Below, one piece after another: positions 46,535 to 56,562 of a stretch of DNA of 64,000 bases. The notes beneath the pieces are model-generated. The model made no database searches, was not told where the DNA came from, and was given only the letters and a program-made list of their open reading frames with translations. The stretch lies in the IMG/VR virus record IMGVR_UViG_3300033074_000233, positions 96,001 through 160,000 of that record; one strand, given 5' to 3'. Positions within the stretch are counted from its first letter, which is position 1; each line of letters starts with the position of its first letter. The translations under genes were made by a program, and so were the position numbers. The stretch is from a virus. Lineage: Duplodnaviria; Caudoviricetes.

Positions 46535-47062
46535 ATGAATAAGCCGAAGGAGTATGAACGGACCGTTATCCGAATTAAGGGTCCCTTCCGAATCCTAAAC
46601 TACGAACTGAACCCTCGACCCATCTTTTTGGCTCATGGTTTGTTCAAGCGCATGATGACCAATGCTGGCGGTCGTCTTCCTCTTGCTGGTGTACCTGCAG
46701 GGGTAGACATTGATCTGGAAGTCAAACTGGATGCTGAGTTACGCTGGCGAGACAAGAAGGCCGTGAGCAAACTTGCTGACCTTGCTTCGTATCCAGTCAA
46801 GGGTCTTGCACCGGGCACTGTATTCGTAGAGGAGGCACGCAGCAACTTCCTCTTTTACGGCAACTGTTGGTGGCACCTAGACCAGACTGTGCGTAACACC
46901 GAATCTCCAACAGAGGATGAGGAGGGGCAGCAACGCTTTACCAAATCCATTGAGAAGATGGAGAAAGAGCAAAGCAGGATCGCTGGGACGAGCATTGTGC
47001 GAGAGTCCAGTGGAACATTAACCATGCGCGATAGACCCTACTATCGCAAAAACGGAGAGTAA
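46535..47062 (+). CDS. Hypothetical protein
   Basis: 175-aa ORF. Confidence 0.55.
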   Translation: MNKPKEYERTVIRIKGPFRILNYELNPRPIFLAHGLFKRMMTNAGGRLPLAGVPAGVDIDLEVKLDAELRWRDKKAVSKLADLASYPVKGLAPGTVFVEEARSNFLFYGNCWWHLDQTVRNTESPTEDEEGQQRFTKSIEKMEKEQSRIAGTSIVRESSGTLTMRDRPYYRKNGE

Positions 47063-47280
47063 TATGGACTTTGATACTTGGATGAAAGAGTGCCGGCGCT
47101 TGGCCCTTGAGAAGGGTCTGCGTATTCCTGATGACCTGGACGAGGAACAGGCCTTCTTCTGGAAGAACCAGCATGACAACGCTATGATGGCCACAGAGGC
47201 CGTGTTCTACTACCAACAGACGCTGAACGAAGGAGGCTAATGGGCAATTCTGTAAAGTAAGTGTGCAAGAAGCGTAACCA

Positions 47281-47357
47281 CGGGGATTAGCACAGCCTGG
47301 TAGTGCGTCTGCTTTGGGAGCAGAAGGTCGCAGGTTCAAATCCGTCATCACCGGCCA
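47281..47357 (+). tRNA. tRNA-Pro(UGG) with stem mismatches
   Basis: TCTGC-TTTGGGA-GCAGA; one acceptor-stem and two T-stem mismatches. Confidence 0.75.
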
Positions 47358-47364
47358 GTTCAAT

Positions 47365-47482
47365 GGGGTTGGCGAGGACGTATCTTCGCTTTGCAATGGA
47401 GAAGGACTGGACGAAATTCTCCTGAGGTGCAGCAATAGGTGTGAAAGCCTGTTGCGCGGGTTCGACTCCCGCAACCCCACCA
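47365..47482 (+). ncRNA. 118-nt tRNA-like RNA with non-canonical D and anticodon arms
   Basis: GGGGTT/AACCCC-ACCA, T-arm GCGGG-TTCGACT-CCCGC, three internal hairpins. Confidence 0.65.
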
Positions 47483-47486
47483 TTTT

Positions 47487-47518
47487 GCGCCCGTGGCTCA
47501 GATGGATAGAGCAACGAC
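47487..47518 (+). pseudogene. 5' half of an interrupted tRNA-Arg
   Basis: GCGCCCG-TG-GCTC-AGATGGATA-GAGC-A-ACGAC; pairs with the 3' half at 48098-48130. Confidence 0.8.
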
Positions 47519-47534
47519 TATTTATAGGCTATCT

Positions 47535-48008
47535 ATGTGGAAGATTGAGAAAATCGTCAGCAAGGGTGCCTATAACTATGCTGTAGTTAGAGATCATCCA
47601 AATGCAATCAAATACGGATACGTGTTACACCATAGGATAGTTGTAGAAAATCACCTTAAAAGACTTCTGAAAAGAAATGAAGTAGTACATCACATAAACG
47701 GAAAAAAGAAAGACAATCGCCTTAAAAACCTGAAGGTTGAGGATGCTATAACACATGGCAGACTACACGGAATTGAGCAGGGTCGCTTATGGGTAAGTCT
47801 TAGATGTCCTTGGTGCGCCTGCACTTTTCAGCGACCTAGAAACACAACTCACTTGCAGAAGCCCTCAAATCTGAAGGTAACGTGTTGTGGTCCGTCGTGT
47901 AGAGGAAATTTTTCTAGGTACGTTCAGTTGCACGGCAAAACCTTGAGGCTAAAATTAGCAGTTGATGCTAATGTTCAGAAAATATATCGAATATATCAAA
48001 AATTATAG
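47535..48008 (+). CDS. HNH homing endonuclease inserted in tRNA-Arg
   Basis: HPNA...YVLHHRIVVE...EVVHHINGKKKDNRLKNL; C-terminal CxxC...CC...C. Confidence 0.85.
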   Translation: MWKIEKIVSKGAYNYAVVRDHPNAIKYGYVLHHRIVVENHLKRLLKRNEVVHHINGKKKDNRLKNLKVEDAITHGRLHGIEQGRLWVSLRCPWCACTFQRPRNTTHLQKPSNLKVTCCGPSCRGNFSRYVQLHGKTLRLKLAVDANVQKIYRIYQKL

Positions 48009-48085
48009 GGCTGTATCGGAACGGCCTTCTAAGCCGTAGTACCGTAACTGGATCAATGCGAGTTCGAGTCTCGCCAGTCCTACCA
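48007..48085 (+). tRNA. Non-canonical tRNA-Arg(UCU) lacking a normal D-arm
   Basis: AGGGCTG/CAGTCCT-ACCA, ACGGC-CTTCTAA-GCCGT, GCGAG-TTCGAGT-CTCGC. Confidence 0.7.
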
Positions 48086-48097
48086 AGAATTTGCGCT

Positions 48098-48130
48098 AGG
48101 TCGCTGGTTCGAGTCCAGCCGGGCGCACCA
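48098..48130 (+). pseudogene. 3' half of an interrupted tRNA-Arg
   Basis: AGGTC-GCTGG-TTCGAGT-CCAGC-CGGGCGC-ACCA. Confidence 0.8.
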
Positions 48131-48181
48131 CCGAGTTCGATTGTACAGTCGGACAAATGTCAACCACAGAGGTAAGTACCC

Positions 48182-48679
48182 ATGGGTATCAAAACGAAAG
48201 ACAAGAAGTCCACCAAGTCGAAAGGCAAGGAAGAGATCGTGAAGAAAAAGAAGAAGTCGAAGGAAGGCGAGAAAGTAGAACGCTCGTCCAAGAAAAAGAA
48301 GGGCGAGAAGAAAGCGCGCAAAGTAAAAGCCGTGATCGAAGTCAAGCCGATCAAGGAAAAACTGAGCCGCATGGGCCTTATCAATCACCTGGTTGATGAG
48401 ACCGCTGTCGAAGCCAAGTCTGTCAAGAAAGTCCTGGCTGCCCTGGAAGCCACGATCAAGGGTTCGATTATGAAGAAAGGTCTGGGCGAGTTCACCTTCC
48501 CAGGTCTGTTCAAAGTCAAAACCAAGTTCAAGCCGAAGCAGAAAGGCGGCGAGAAGAAGAAGAACCCGTTCAAGCCGGGCGAGTTCATCATCACCAAGCC
48601 GAAGCCCGCTTCGATCAAGGTCAAAATCCTGGCAATGAAGCGTTTAAAGGATGCGGCTGCCCTGCCGCCGAAAGAGTAA
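48182..48679 (+). CDS. HU/IHF-family DNA-binding protein with Lys-rich N-terminal extension
   Basis: LINHLVDET...VKKVLAAL...FTFPGLFK...NPF...KVKI. Confidence 0.8.
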   Translation: MGIKTKDKKSTKSKGKEEIVKKKKKSKEGEKVERSSKKKKGEKKARKVKAVIEVKPIKEKLSRMGLINHLVDETAVEAKSVKKVLAALEATIKGSIMKKGLGEFTFPGLFKVKTKFKPKQKGGEKKKNPFKPGEFIITKPKPASIKVKILAMKRLKDAAALPPKE

Positions 48680-48919
48680 GCACGGTTCAGAGAGTCAGGT
48701 GCTGCCTTCACGCGGGCACCTTATCCTCTGCATAGCAGTTCTGTAAAGTAAACGCACAACAGGAGAAGCAAACTTGTGATTTAGACTGTCCGCGCTATAC
48801 CCTAACCCATGAGACACAGGAGGTACTCGTATGTCACAAATCCGTTAGACCCGAGCCTAATACCAATAGCCTCGGGTCTTTTTGTTTCCTAAACCCATTT
48901 CCAAGCGCGGAGAAGAACA

Positions 48920-49291
48920 ATGACTGACGTTGCACCGACCAAAGAAAATACGCTGCACATGAAGAACAATAGAAAGCCGAAAGGACACGCCGCGGATAAG
49001 CCGTTAGAAGTTCCCAGACATGAGAAGGCCGACATTGCTGATCGTCGTCCTCAGAAGAAGCCCAAAGACTACAAGTTGCAATATAAGGGTAAAGAAGGTA
49101 CTCCAATGGAGACCTCACACAAAGAGTGGCGTCACCTAGATGCCTATTCAAGTATAGAAACGGCGCGACAAAGTGCCCACACTCGAATGACTGGTAATGC
49201 CCTAACCAAGATGTTTGACTACCGCATTCTCGACAAAGATGGCAAGGAATGTCCACTCAAAAAAGACGGTAAGGAGAGACTACTCAAATGA
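48920..49291 (+). CDS. Hypothetical protein
   Basis: GGAG RBS. Confidence 0.5.
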   Translation: MTDVAPTKENTLHMKNNRKPKGHAADKPLEVPRHEKADIADRRPQKKPKDYKLQYKGKEGTPMETSHKEWRHLDAYSSIETARQSAHTRMTGNALTKMFDYRILDKDGKECPLKKDGKERLLK

Positions 49292-49953
49292 AAAATCCAA
49301 TCGTAATGGATGAAGGTGATCTAGCCTACAGTCGGTGGACTATACGCATACTGGCTGGCTTATGCGTTATGCTCGGCATCGTGGCCGGCGTAAGCATACT
49401 GCAGGTTGATCGTGTGACACAGAAGGTTAAAGACCTTCAACAGGAGAACGAGGATCTTAAAGCCAAGTTGTCTTTGCATGAGATCAATCTCGGTGACACA
49501 CAGAGAACGATTGATGCTGTGACAAACATGATTGTGAAACTAGGTAAGAAAACTCCGCAGGAAGCCGAGAGACTGGCTATACTTGAAGTTGTTTCTGCCG
49601 AGAAACACGGTGTTGATCTACCAACAGGCTTGGCTGTATCCTTTGAAGAATCTAAGTGGAAGACAGCCGTAGTGTCATCCAACGGTTCCTCTATTGGAAT
49701 TAAACAAATCAACTTGTCTGCTTGGCGGGATCGCTTCAAGGATATGACTGTGAAACGTCTGACCAATCCTGCATACAACATCGACATTGGATACACGTTG
49801 CTGGCTGAGCACATAAAGGAATATGGCACGATCAATCGAGCCCTGCAGAGGTATAGAGGATCGAAAGACGCGGGCATAAACGAACGGTACGCAGACGGTG
49901 TTCAGAAAACGGCGCAAGCAATACGGAAACACCTATCGTTCTCTCAGACCTAA
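49288..49953 (+). CDS. Membrane-anchored SLT lytic transglycosylase
   Basis: TM helix, coiled coil, EES, GIKQIN, NIDIG, ALQRYRG. Confidence 0.75.
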   Translation: MKNPIVMDEGDLAYSRWTIRILAGLCVMLGIVAGVSILQVDRVTQKVKDLQQENEDLKAKLSLHEINLGDTQRTIDAVTNMIVKLGKKTPQEAERLAILEVVSAEKHGVDLPTGLAVSFEESKWKTAVVSSNGSSIGIKQINLSAWRDRFKDMTVKRLTNPAYNIDIGYTLLAEHIKEYGTINRALQRYRGSKDAGINERYADGVQKTAQAIRKHLSFSQT

Positions 49954-50008
49954 GTCCTGGGTTAGGTAAAGACCCGCATCAGGACCAACAACCTAAAAGG
50001 TAAAGCAC

Positions 50009-50470
50009 ATGGCTTCTCCAACTGTTGTACGTTTCAACTCTGCCCGCAGTCAAATGGCTAACGGTGATTCTCGCAAGCAACTCCGTGTCATGGCTGCGGA
50101 AGTAGCCTTGAACAAGATGTTCTCTGGTAGGCATTTTGATATTTGCGCTGTTCGCGAGGCTTGCGAGGTAATGGGTGCAACGCTTACGCCTGACGCCGAA
50201 GCAATTCTTCGGCCATTGCACTGTGTGAACTGGGACCAGATTCCACCTGCGATCAAAGACGAAATCCCTCACCTGCTTAAGGAGTCTTTCCAACGTAGTC
50301 AGATTGTTCGTGGGATGGTGCAGGACATTATTCTCGGCGACTTCGTTGAGAAAGAACCAGAAGTAGAAATCCTATTCGAGCAGGCGAAAGAATCTAAGCA
50401 GGAACTCCTCACGCAAGACGTTAGAGAGCGCGCGAGTGAAATCAAAAAGAAAACCTGGAAGTGGTGGTGA
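50009..50470 (+). CDS. Hypothetical protein
   Basis: 153-aa ORF. Confidence 0.55.
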   Translation: MASPTVVRFNSARSQMANGDSRKQLRVMAAEVALNKMFSGRHFDICAVREACEVMGATLTPDAEAILRPLHCVNWDQIPPAIKDEIPHLLKESFQRSQIVRGMVQDIILGDFVEKEPEVEILFEQAKESKQELLTQDVRERASEIKKKTWKWW

Positions 50471-50471
50471 C

Positions 50472-50777
50472 ATGAACATATGGGACTTTGCTGACAAGAA
50501 TCCTTGGTTTACCTTCTTCTTGGGCTTTTGGGCCTTGATTATGGTTGCATTCGTTGCCGTAGCCTTCAGGACTATCTTTACTACCTTGAACGTACTGGTT
50601 CGAGGCTGGCCTCCGCCGCATCTGGATGCAAACGGTGAGTTCAAGAAAGAACCTGAGGAGAAAAAGGAAGATAAGAAAGAAGAACCAACGGACACTCGGA
50701 TTGTAGGTGCTATGCCACACGGTGCTCCGTATGCCGGCCATAACAAGGACAAACTTCCAACGGGAATGTTTAGGTGA
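50472..50777 (+). CDS. Small membrane protein
   Basis: TM helix followed by RGWPPPHLDANGEF. Confidence 0.55.
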   Translation: MNIWDFADKNPWFTFFLGFWALIMVAFVAVAFRTIFTTLNVLVRGWPPPHLDANGEFKKEPEEKKEDKKEEPTDTRIVGAMPHGAPYAGHNKDKLPTGMFR

Positions 50778-50780
50778 CTT

Positions 50781-51062
50781 ATGACTTCACGACGTATTGG
50801 TTCTTTCACAGTAAAAAATCGGTTCTTCCTGAATCTTGAAGGTGGCGCAGGCACTAACCTGTTTCATGGAATGGTTGTTCTACGCGCTGAGCCTGACTGG
50901 TCAATGGATAACACTCGCTATATGGCACATCATCAGGATTTTGACTTGGTTCACAGTGGCGAAATGATTCCTGAATATGAACCTGTATTCGCAGAAGAAC
51001 CTGACGGATATGGATACGCTTATGGCGTTCCAAAGTGGGTACGCAAAAATGAGAAAGGTTGA
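50781..51062 (+). CDS. Hypothetical protein
   Basis: ORF in a tightly packed run. Confidence 0.5.
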   Translation: MTSRRIGSFTVKNRFFLNLEGGAGTNLFHGMVVLRAEPDWSMDNTRYMAHHQDFDLVHSGEMIPEYEPVFAEEPDGYGYAYGVPKWVRKNEKG

Positions 51063-51294
51063 AGTTACATGCGACAACTGCCAACGTCAGTTGTCTGATA
51101 CGGGCTCAATGCCTGCGTTCCGTGTAGTTCTGAAGTCAGAGCAAATTCCAAGCAGTAGTCCTTACCGTAACGCAGTACACATTGAGCCTCAGGTACGTGA
51201 TGAACAGCATTTCTGCGGTATAGACTGCCTGTACTCTTGGCTGGATAAAACTTACCCAAGACTCCACGTAACATGAAAACTAAGGAGAAGGACT

Positions 51295-51543
51295 ATGTCA
51301 GAACTTGATTTCGAGAAAGAACGAGCCAATTCCGTTCCAGGCGATTGGGTTCCTATTGATGGCGTTATGGAAGTGATACAAAAGATGAGAGACAAGAAGT
51401 GGATTTGGCCTTTCAACTCTCATTGCAAGTACATAACTTTGCGTGTTGACATGCGTGATGGTCATTGCGTAATACGTAACCGTAATGGAAACATAATTTC
51501 ACTTGACCAACTTAACCGACAGGCGAATCAAAATGACGGATAG
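51295..51543 (+). CDS. Hypothetical protein
   Basis: AAGGAG RBS. Confidence 0.5.
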   Translation: MSELDFEKERANSVPGDWVPIDGVMEVIQKMRDKKWIWPFNSHCKYITLRVDMRDGHCVIRNRNGNIISLDQLNRQANQNDG

Positions 51544-51742
51544 AGTGAACTACCTAACTGTGGCCCTTGAGAAGGACATGCGTATTGAAGATGCTCAAGC
51601 CTTGGTCCAAGCAATACGTTGTATGCGTAATGTGCTGGACGTAAAAGAAAACGTAGCCGATCCACTGGGCTTCGTTGTTGAAGAACGTGTAAGACAGGAA
51701 ATGTCACGAAAACTAATTGAAGTTGTTAGTAGGAGGTCATAG

Positions 51743-52060
51743 ATGACTGACTACATTGGCCAGGCCAAAATAGCTCTGGAGATTTGGGAAGCAGGTGACA
51801 CGCGCACGATAGAGTCCTGTATAGAACTGACGAAAGGCCTGCTAGGTCTGCTCACGTTAAAGCCGATTGAGACAGCGCCGAAGACTGGCGTTGATCTGCT
51901 TCTGGCTGTAGTTAAGGACGGACTCCTTATGACAGCAGTGGTTGGCTGCTGGGCGCACTCTGACGGTGAGGAAGAACCTCGCTGGCACTTCGTCAACGAC
52001 GAAGACGGAATAAAGCCTACTCACTGGATGCTTCCTCCAAAGATTGAAGGAGAAGATTGA
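51743..52060 (+). CDS. DUF551-like protein
   Basis: PIETAPK...PTHWMLPP. Confidence 0.55.
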   Translation: MTDYIGQAKIALEIWEAGDTRTIESCIELTKGLLGLLTLKPIETAPKTGVDLLLAVVKDGLLMTAVVGCWAHSDGEEEPRWHFVNDEDGIKPTHWMLPPKIEGED

Positions 52061-52243
52061 TGAGCAACAGGAAGCAGCGCATAAAGAACCGTAACACTTA
52101 TAACGCGCTTATGGGCAAACTTGAGGCACAAGGCAAACTGAATCGTCCACCTTGTTCCAACTGTGGTAAACCCGGTGCTCACTTTGTAATGGCTTGCTTT
52201 GGACAAGAGGGCTACTTTGCCTGCGCTAAAAAGGAGAAACAAG

Positions 52244-52876
52244 ATGATAGTGTGTAAGTGCTGTGGCGAAGAAGCCCGCTGGTGTGGTCCAACGTGTGGA
52301 ACAGAAGAATGCGACCAGATTACTTGCGATCACTGCGGTATGCAGTACGACTGCCAAAGTGAGGCAGCGCAAAACGCAGAGACCTTCGAAGAAGCCCGTG
52401 CTGCTATGCTGGCTTGCTACAACAAGTTGGAGCGTACACCACAGACGCTGAAACTTGTCCTGCAGAAACTCAAGGAAGCCCGTGACGTGCTGGCAGACGT
52501 TGCTGCTATCAGTGGCGACCTGAAGAACTTTGATTCTCTAAGCGAACGGGTGCAAAAGGTGTTGAAGTCTCAAACCTTGACCGAGCCACCTACAACGCTC
52601 CGAGAGTTAGAGCATGACAACGAGTCTGGCGGAGTAGTAACTAAACTTCCAGAAGGAATGTCCTGCGGAGGTCTGAGCAAGTGTGGTTTTGAGAACTGCC
52701 AGAACACTAAAGGAATAACGTCTCGCCTAGTCGGCTTTAACAACGGTCTGGGTGAAGGCGTTATCACTGTGTGGCTGTGCGAACTCCACAAAGACTACGT
52801 TGACCAGAGTTACCAACCCACCAACTATTCAATAGGCTGCAAACAAGAAGGAAAGAACGACAATGAAAACGACTAA
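52244..52876 (+). CDS. Cys-rich hypothetical protein (Lar-like zinc ribbon)
   Basis: AAGGAG RBS; CKCCG...CDHCG. Confidence 0.45.
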   Translation: MIVCKCCGEEARWCGPTCGTEECDQITCDHCGMQYDCQSEAAQNAETFEEARAAMLACYNKLERTPQTLKLVLQKLKEARDVLADVAAISGDLKNFDSLSERVQKVLKSQTLTEPPTTLRELEHDNESGGVVTKLPEGMSCGGLSKCGFENCQNTKGITSRLVGFNNGLGEGVITVWLCELHKDYVDQSYQPTNYSIGCKQEGKNDNEND

Positions 52877-53447
52877 GGTCCACTTCTTTCAGAAAGGCAA
52901 TACACATAAATCAATCTGTGGTCAACCAGACTACATGGTCAATAAAATTGCCAAGACTCCTGAAGAGGTTACGTGTAGTAACTGTTTACGTTCAATGGAG
53001 ACCGCCAAGAAACTGGATACCAACGCTGTCTTCCGCGACCTTGTTGGGATGAAAAAGCGTTTCGCTAGTAACCAGGATTGGAAGTCAGTGACTACGCTCC
53101 AGAACGCCATCAAGTACATGACCGAACTTGAAGGTCGTCTTGGTATCCAGAATCTGGCTGCACTGCAGGAACGCTTCATGCCTGTAGTGATCCCCAAGTC
53201 CTTCGACCGTGAACGCTGGTTGCGAGTCTGTAAAGTATTCGTAGATAATCTCGGTATCAAGCCGGAAGAATGCAAGCCTGATTCCGACATTATCGAAGAC
53301 CTCGGCGCAGACAGCCTGGACACTGTGGAACTGGTGATGGGCCTTGAAGAGGAGTTTGAAATTCAGATTCCAGACGAAGACGCAGAGAAGGTAACCACGC
53401 TGGGCAAGGCCTATGAGGCTGTGACGAAATTACTCGCAGGGAGATAG
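52863..53447 (+). CDS. Zinc-finger/acyl carrier protein fusion
   Basis: C-terminal [31 protein letters not shown]; N-terminal H...C...CxxC. Confidence 0.85.
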   Translation: MKTTKVHFFQKGNTHKSICGQPDYMVNKIAKTPEEVTCSNCLRSMETAKKLDTNAVFRDLVGMKKRFASNQDWKSVTTLQNAIKYMTELEGRLGIQNLAALQERFMPVVIPKSFDRERWLRVCKVFVDNLGIKPEECKPDSDIIEDLGADSLDTVELVMGLEEEFEIQIPDEDAEKVTTLGKAYEAVTKLLAGR

Positions 53448-54481
53448 TATGCAGTTACGCGGACTACATGAGAACAGGTGCAAGCATTGTAATCTATGGA
53501 AGGACCAGCATAACAGCTCCAATCTGGCTTGTCCTATTGGAAGTAAGCACCGCACGTTAGGCTACACGCAGTACAGTGAAACAACCAAGTACGAATCCAA
53601 ACAACGCAAACAACGAGGCAAATGATATGAGCGAACTTGATCCGAAAGTAATTGAGCAGACCAGCAATCTTGCAGAGGGCGTTAGCCAACTGGCTGAGGG
53701 CTTCAAGCGAAAAGCCGAAGCAATGGATCGAATCAAGGCTATTCTCGCTGATCCTGACAAGTACACCGTGTACGATCTTCTTAATGCCTCAGTTGCAGGT
53801 GGCTACCAACTGAAACTGAACTTCCATGAGATCGGAGCAGAGGGCTGAGGTTACTTATGGGAAACAATAAGGAACGGCCCGAAGGCCGTTTCCACATTCA
53901 CTTTGATGAAGACGGTAAAGCCGTCCGTTGCTACCACGATTGCAAGAACATCGTGCGTCAGCCTTCCTTCTGGGTCATTACTACGCTTTCGTTTCCAATA
54001 GAGCACGGAATCTGGACGCTTATCTATCGTCTCTTTGGGCTGGAGCACTGACATGAGCGGCAGGCCTACGAGAATGATTGATATGTGGGGACCCTGTCGT
54101 CGTTGTGGGAACGTAAAGGAAGACGAACTTAACTTCGAGGGACGTATCCATCACGGAACCAAGGTTTTGTGCTTCGACACTAAAGCCTGCGCTAAACGGG
54201 TCAAAAAGAGTAAAAAGAAATGAGGCGAATCGAGAGATACTGACATGACAGATGTATTGCAACCTGCATTTGACAAGTGCTTTGATGAAGGCTGGCACGG
54301 TCTCCACGATTGCCTGGTAGAGTTCGAGCCTAGAAATTACAGTAAGGAAGAAGTCCGAAAAATCTTTGACCTTCTGCCACGCAACATAAAGATTGAAGCC
54401 GTTGAATGGGGTCTTAATGACACCGTAGTAGGCGACTCTTGCTGCACTTATCTAAAGAATATAAACTGGAAGCCCGACTGA

Positions 54482-55054
54482 ATGGGACACTACACAGGTT
54501 TCTGTTTCAATCTGCACCTTAAGCAGGAAACACCTCCAAGCGTTATCACGCTGTTGAATATGTTTGTTGGACCAGAAGAATCCAACAAGACTGATGAACT
54601 CGCCAAGGATATTCCAGGCTACGACAGATACTGGAGCATAATGTTCGCTGGTCAGTCTTATTACTTCGGTAAGTGGACGACTTCACGAGTTGATTCCTTA
54701 CCTGACCAGACCACACACTTGTTATCTGCGGCCTCATGCAAATTTGGTGATAACTATATATACGACCTTCTCGAATGGCTAAAACCCTGGCTGGTTCCAT
54801 CAGAAGACTTCGTTGCCTTCCATATATACGAAAGTTCCAATACCTTCTATGCCTATTACCTATCTGGTGACAAGATCATACAGAAGGCCATTCGATTCAA
54901 GTACAGCGACTACAGTGATGACATTCATCCTAAGGACGTAGACCTTGACGAAGCCATAAAAAACTGGCAGTACGGATCAATCATACACATTCCGATATGT
55001 GACCTTGCTTTACCAAATCCATCTGGATACAACGATAATGACCAAGACACCTAA
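54482..55054 (+). CDS. Hypothetical protein
   Basis: 190-aa ORF. Confidence 0.5.
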   Translation: MGHYTGFCFNLHLKQETPPSVITLLNMFVGPEESNKTDELAKDIPGYDRYWSIMFAGQSYYFGKWTTSRVDSLPDQTTHLLSAASCKFGDNYIYDLLEWLKPWLVPSEDFVAFHIYESSNTFYAYYLSGDKIIQKAIRFKYSDYSDDIHPKDVDLDEAIKNWQYGSIIHIPICDLALPNPSGYNDNDQDT

Positions 55055-55909
55055 GCAAAGAGTAGACGCTATACTGGAGGAGGCCGTAGGCAGTGACTTG
55101 AACTCCTGGGAGAAGCATGAGTTTCTTCCTAGCGTTAGTAAGCGTACACCCTACAACCTAACACAGGGTCAGAATCAGAAACTAAAGGAAATCGAACGCA
55201 AGATATTTGGAGATAAAAATGTTTAATTGGATTAAAGCCTTATTCAAGGAGCCCGAAGCCAACAAAAGCATTCTTCGTCAGGACTACGAATTTGTAGCGG
55301 TAGCCACTTCTGCTAATAACGAGGTTATCCTTTTAGTGAAAATACAGGAAGTAGAAGTTAGATTTGTAGGCAGTGGCTCTGTTTGGTATCGTTTGCCCGA
55401 GTTTCAGCGGTGCCCATCTTCGCAAGAAATGAAACTTGCTGATATTTGGAGCAAACTAAAGCACGAAAAGAGAATCTAAGGTATAGTCTCAGGGTCGAAC
55501 TTTCTCAACAAGTATGCAACATGCTACTGGATTTCACCAAGTTCGAGCGTGAGACTACTCCTACCTGTGAGAACATAACAGGCGATACGTGGTCTGACTA
55601 TGTGGATTGGAAAAGGATTCACGTTACTTACGGATACAAGTTGGGCCTTCTTGGAGATCAAATTTACGAAATCACCAAGCACGGACTAATCAATCCAAGA
55701 CCATATGACCTCAGCCTAAAATATTTCGTTTCGGACTACACAGGAAGATAAGCCATGTGTTCTACAACTTGTTTAGATATGTACTCACTACCAGTGTGTA
55801 ATGCCATTACCATTTTTGGTATCTTGATAGCGGCTGTAGGTATATTTGTGCTATGTATCGTAGGCTTCCGTAAATTTTCCAGCTCCTTGTACAAGGAAAG
55901 GGACAAGCC

Positions 55910-56293
55910 ATGATTTCTATCATAGACTTAGATCCAGTGTTGGTCGCTGAACAGATTGAAAAGAGATGTGCTGAATACGAGACCATACGTGTACGAAAAG
56001 TTGCTGAGGCTGAGGCTTGGACCCTTGAATACGAAGCCTGCGTTGCTAACGGAACAGTAGGCAGAAAGTTTATTAGGCGGCCAACTTCGGTAGAACAAGA
56101 AAATGACTTTTACAAAAAGCGCATAGCCCAAGAACGCGAAGTGTACAGTCGGGTTCGTATCGTTGAGTTAACTCTGCCCTTGGAGAAAAAATTTGTTCTT
56201 GTCTACGGCAAGTCCCCTACGGACACAGAAGGAACTGGCCCATTTGAGTCTGTTGAAAAAGCATCTAACTGGTTCTTTCGCGGAGGAAGATAA
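55910..56293 (+). CDS. Hypothetical protein
   Basis: 127-aa ORF. Confidence 0.5.
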   Translation: MISIIDLDPVLVAEQIEKRCAEYETIRVRKVAEAEAWTLEYEACVANGTVGRKFIRRPTSVEQENDFYKKRIAQEREVYSRVRIVELTLPLEKKFVLVYGKSPTDTEGTGPFESVEKASNWFFRGGR

Positions 56294-56562
56294 GCCATGA
56301 AACTTTGCAAGAACTGTAAGCACTGCGTACAAAGCCTAACATACGATAGTTGCCGAAAGGTACACGAGGAAATTGGAGAGGTATCCTTCGTTGACGGAAA
56401 GAAAAGGTGGAAACCAGCCAGCGACGGCTGGAACTCCTTAGAATACGTCAGGAAATATTACTGCGGTGTAGAAGAAGCCAAATGGTTTGAACCTGTAGGG
56501 AGATTCTCCTTCTTTGCATCCCTTGGACAAATTCTCTTTGGTGGTGTTAGCGAGACTAAGCC

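Noticed and set aside
47365-47482. tmRNA or tRNA-Sec
   Set aside because: Too short and no tag ORF for tmRNA; no UCA anticodon or 8/5 stems for tRNA-Sec
47519-48097. Group I intron in the tRNA
   Set aside because: The insert is almost fully occupied by the HNH ORF and the nested tRNA; no recognisable catalytic core
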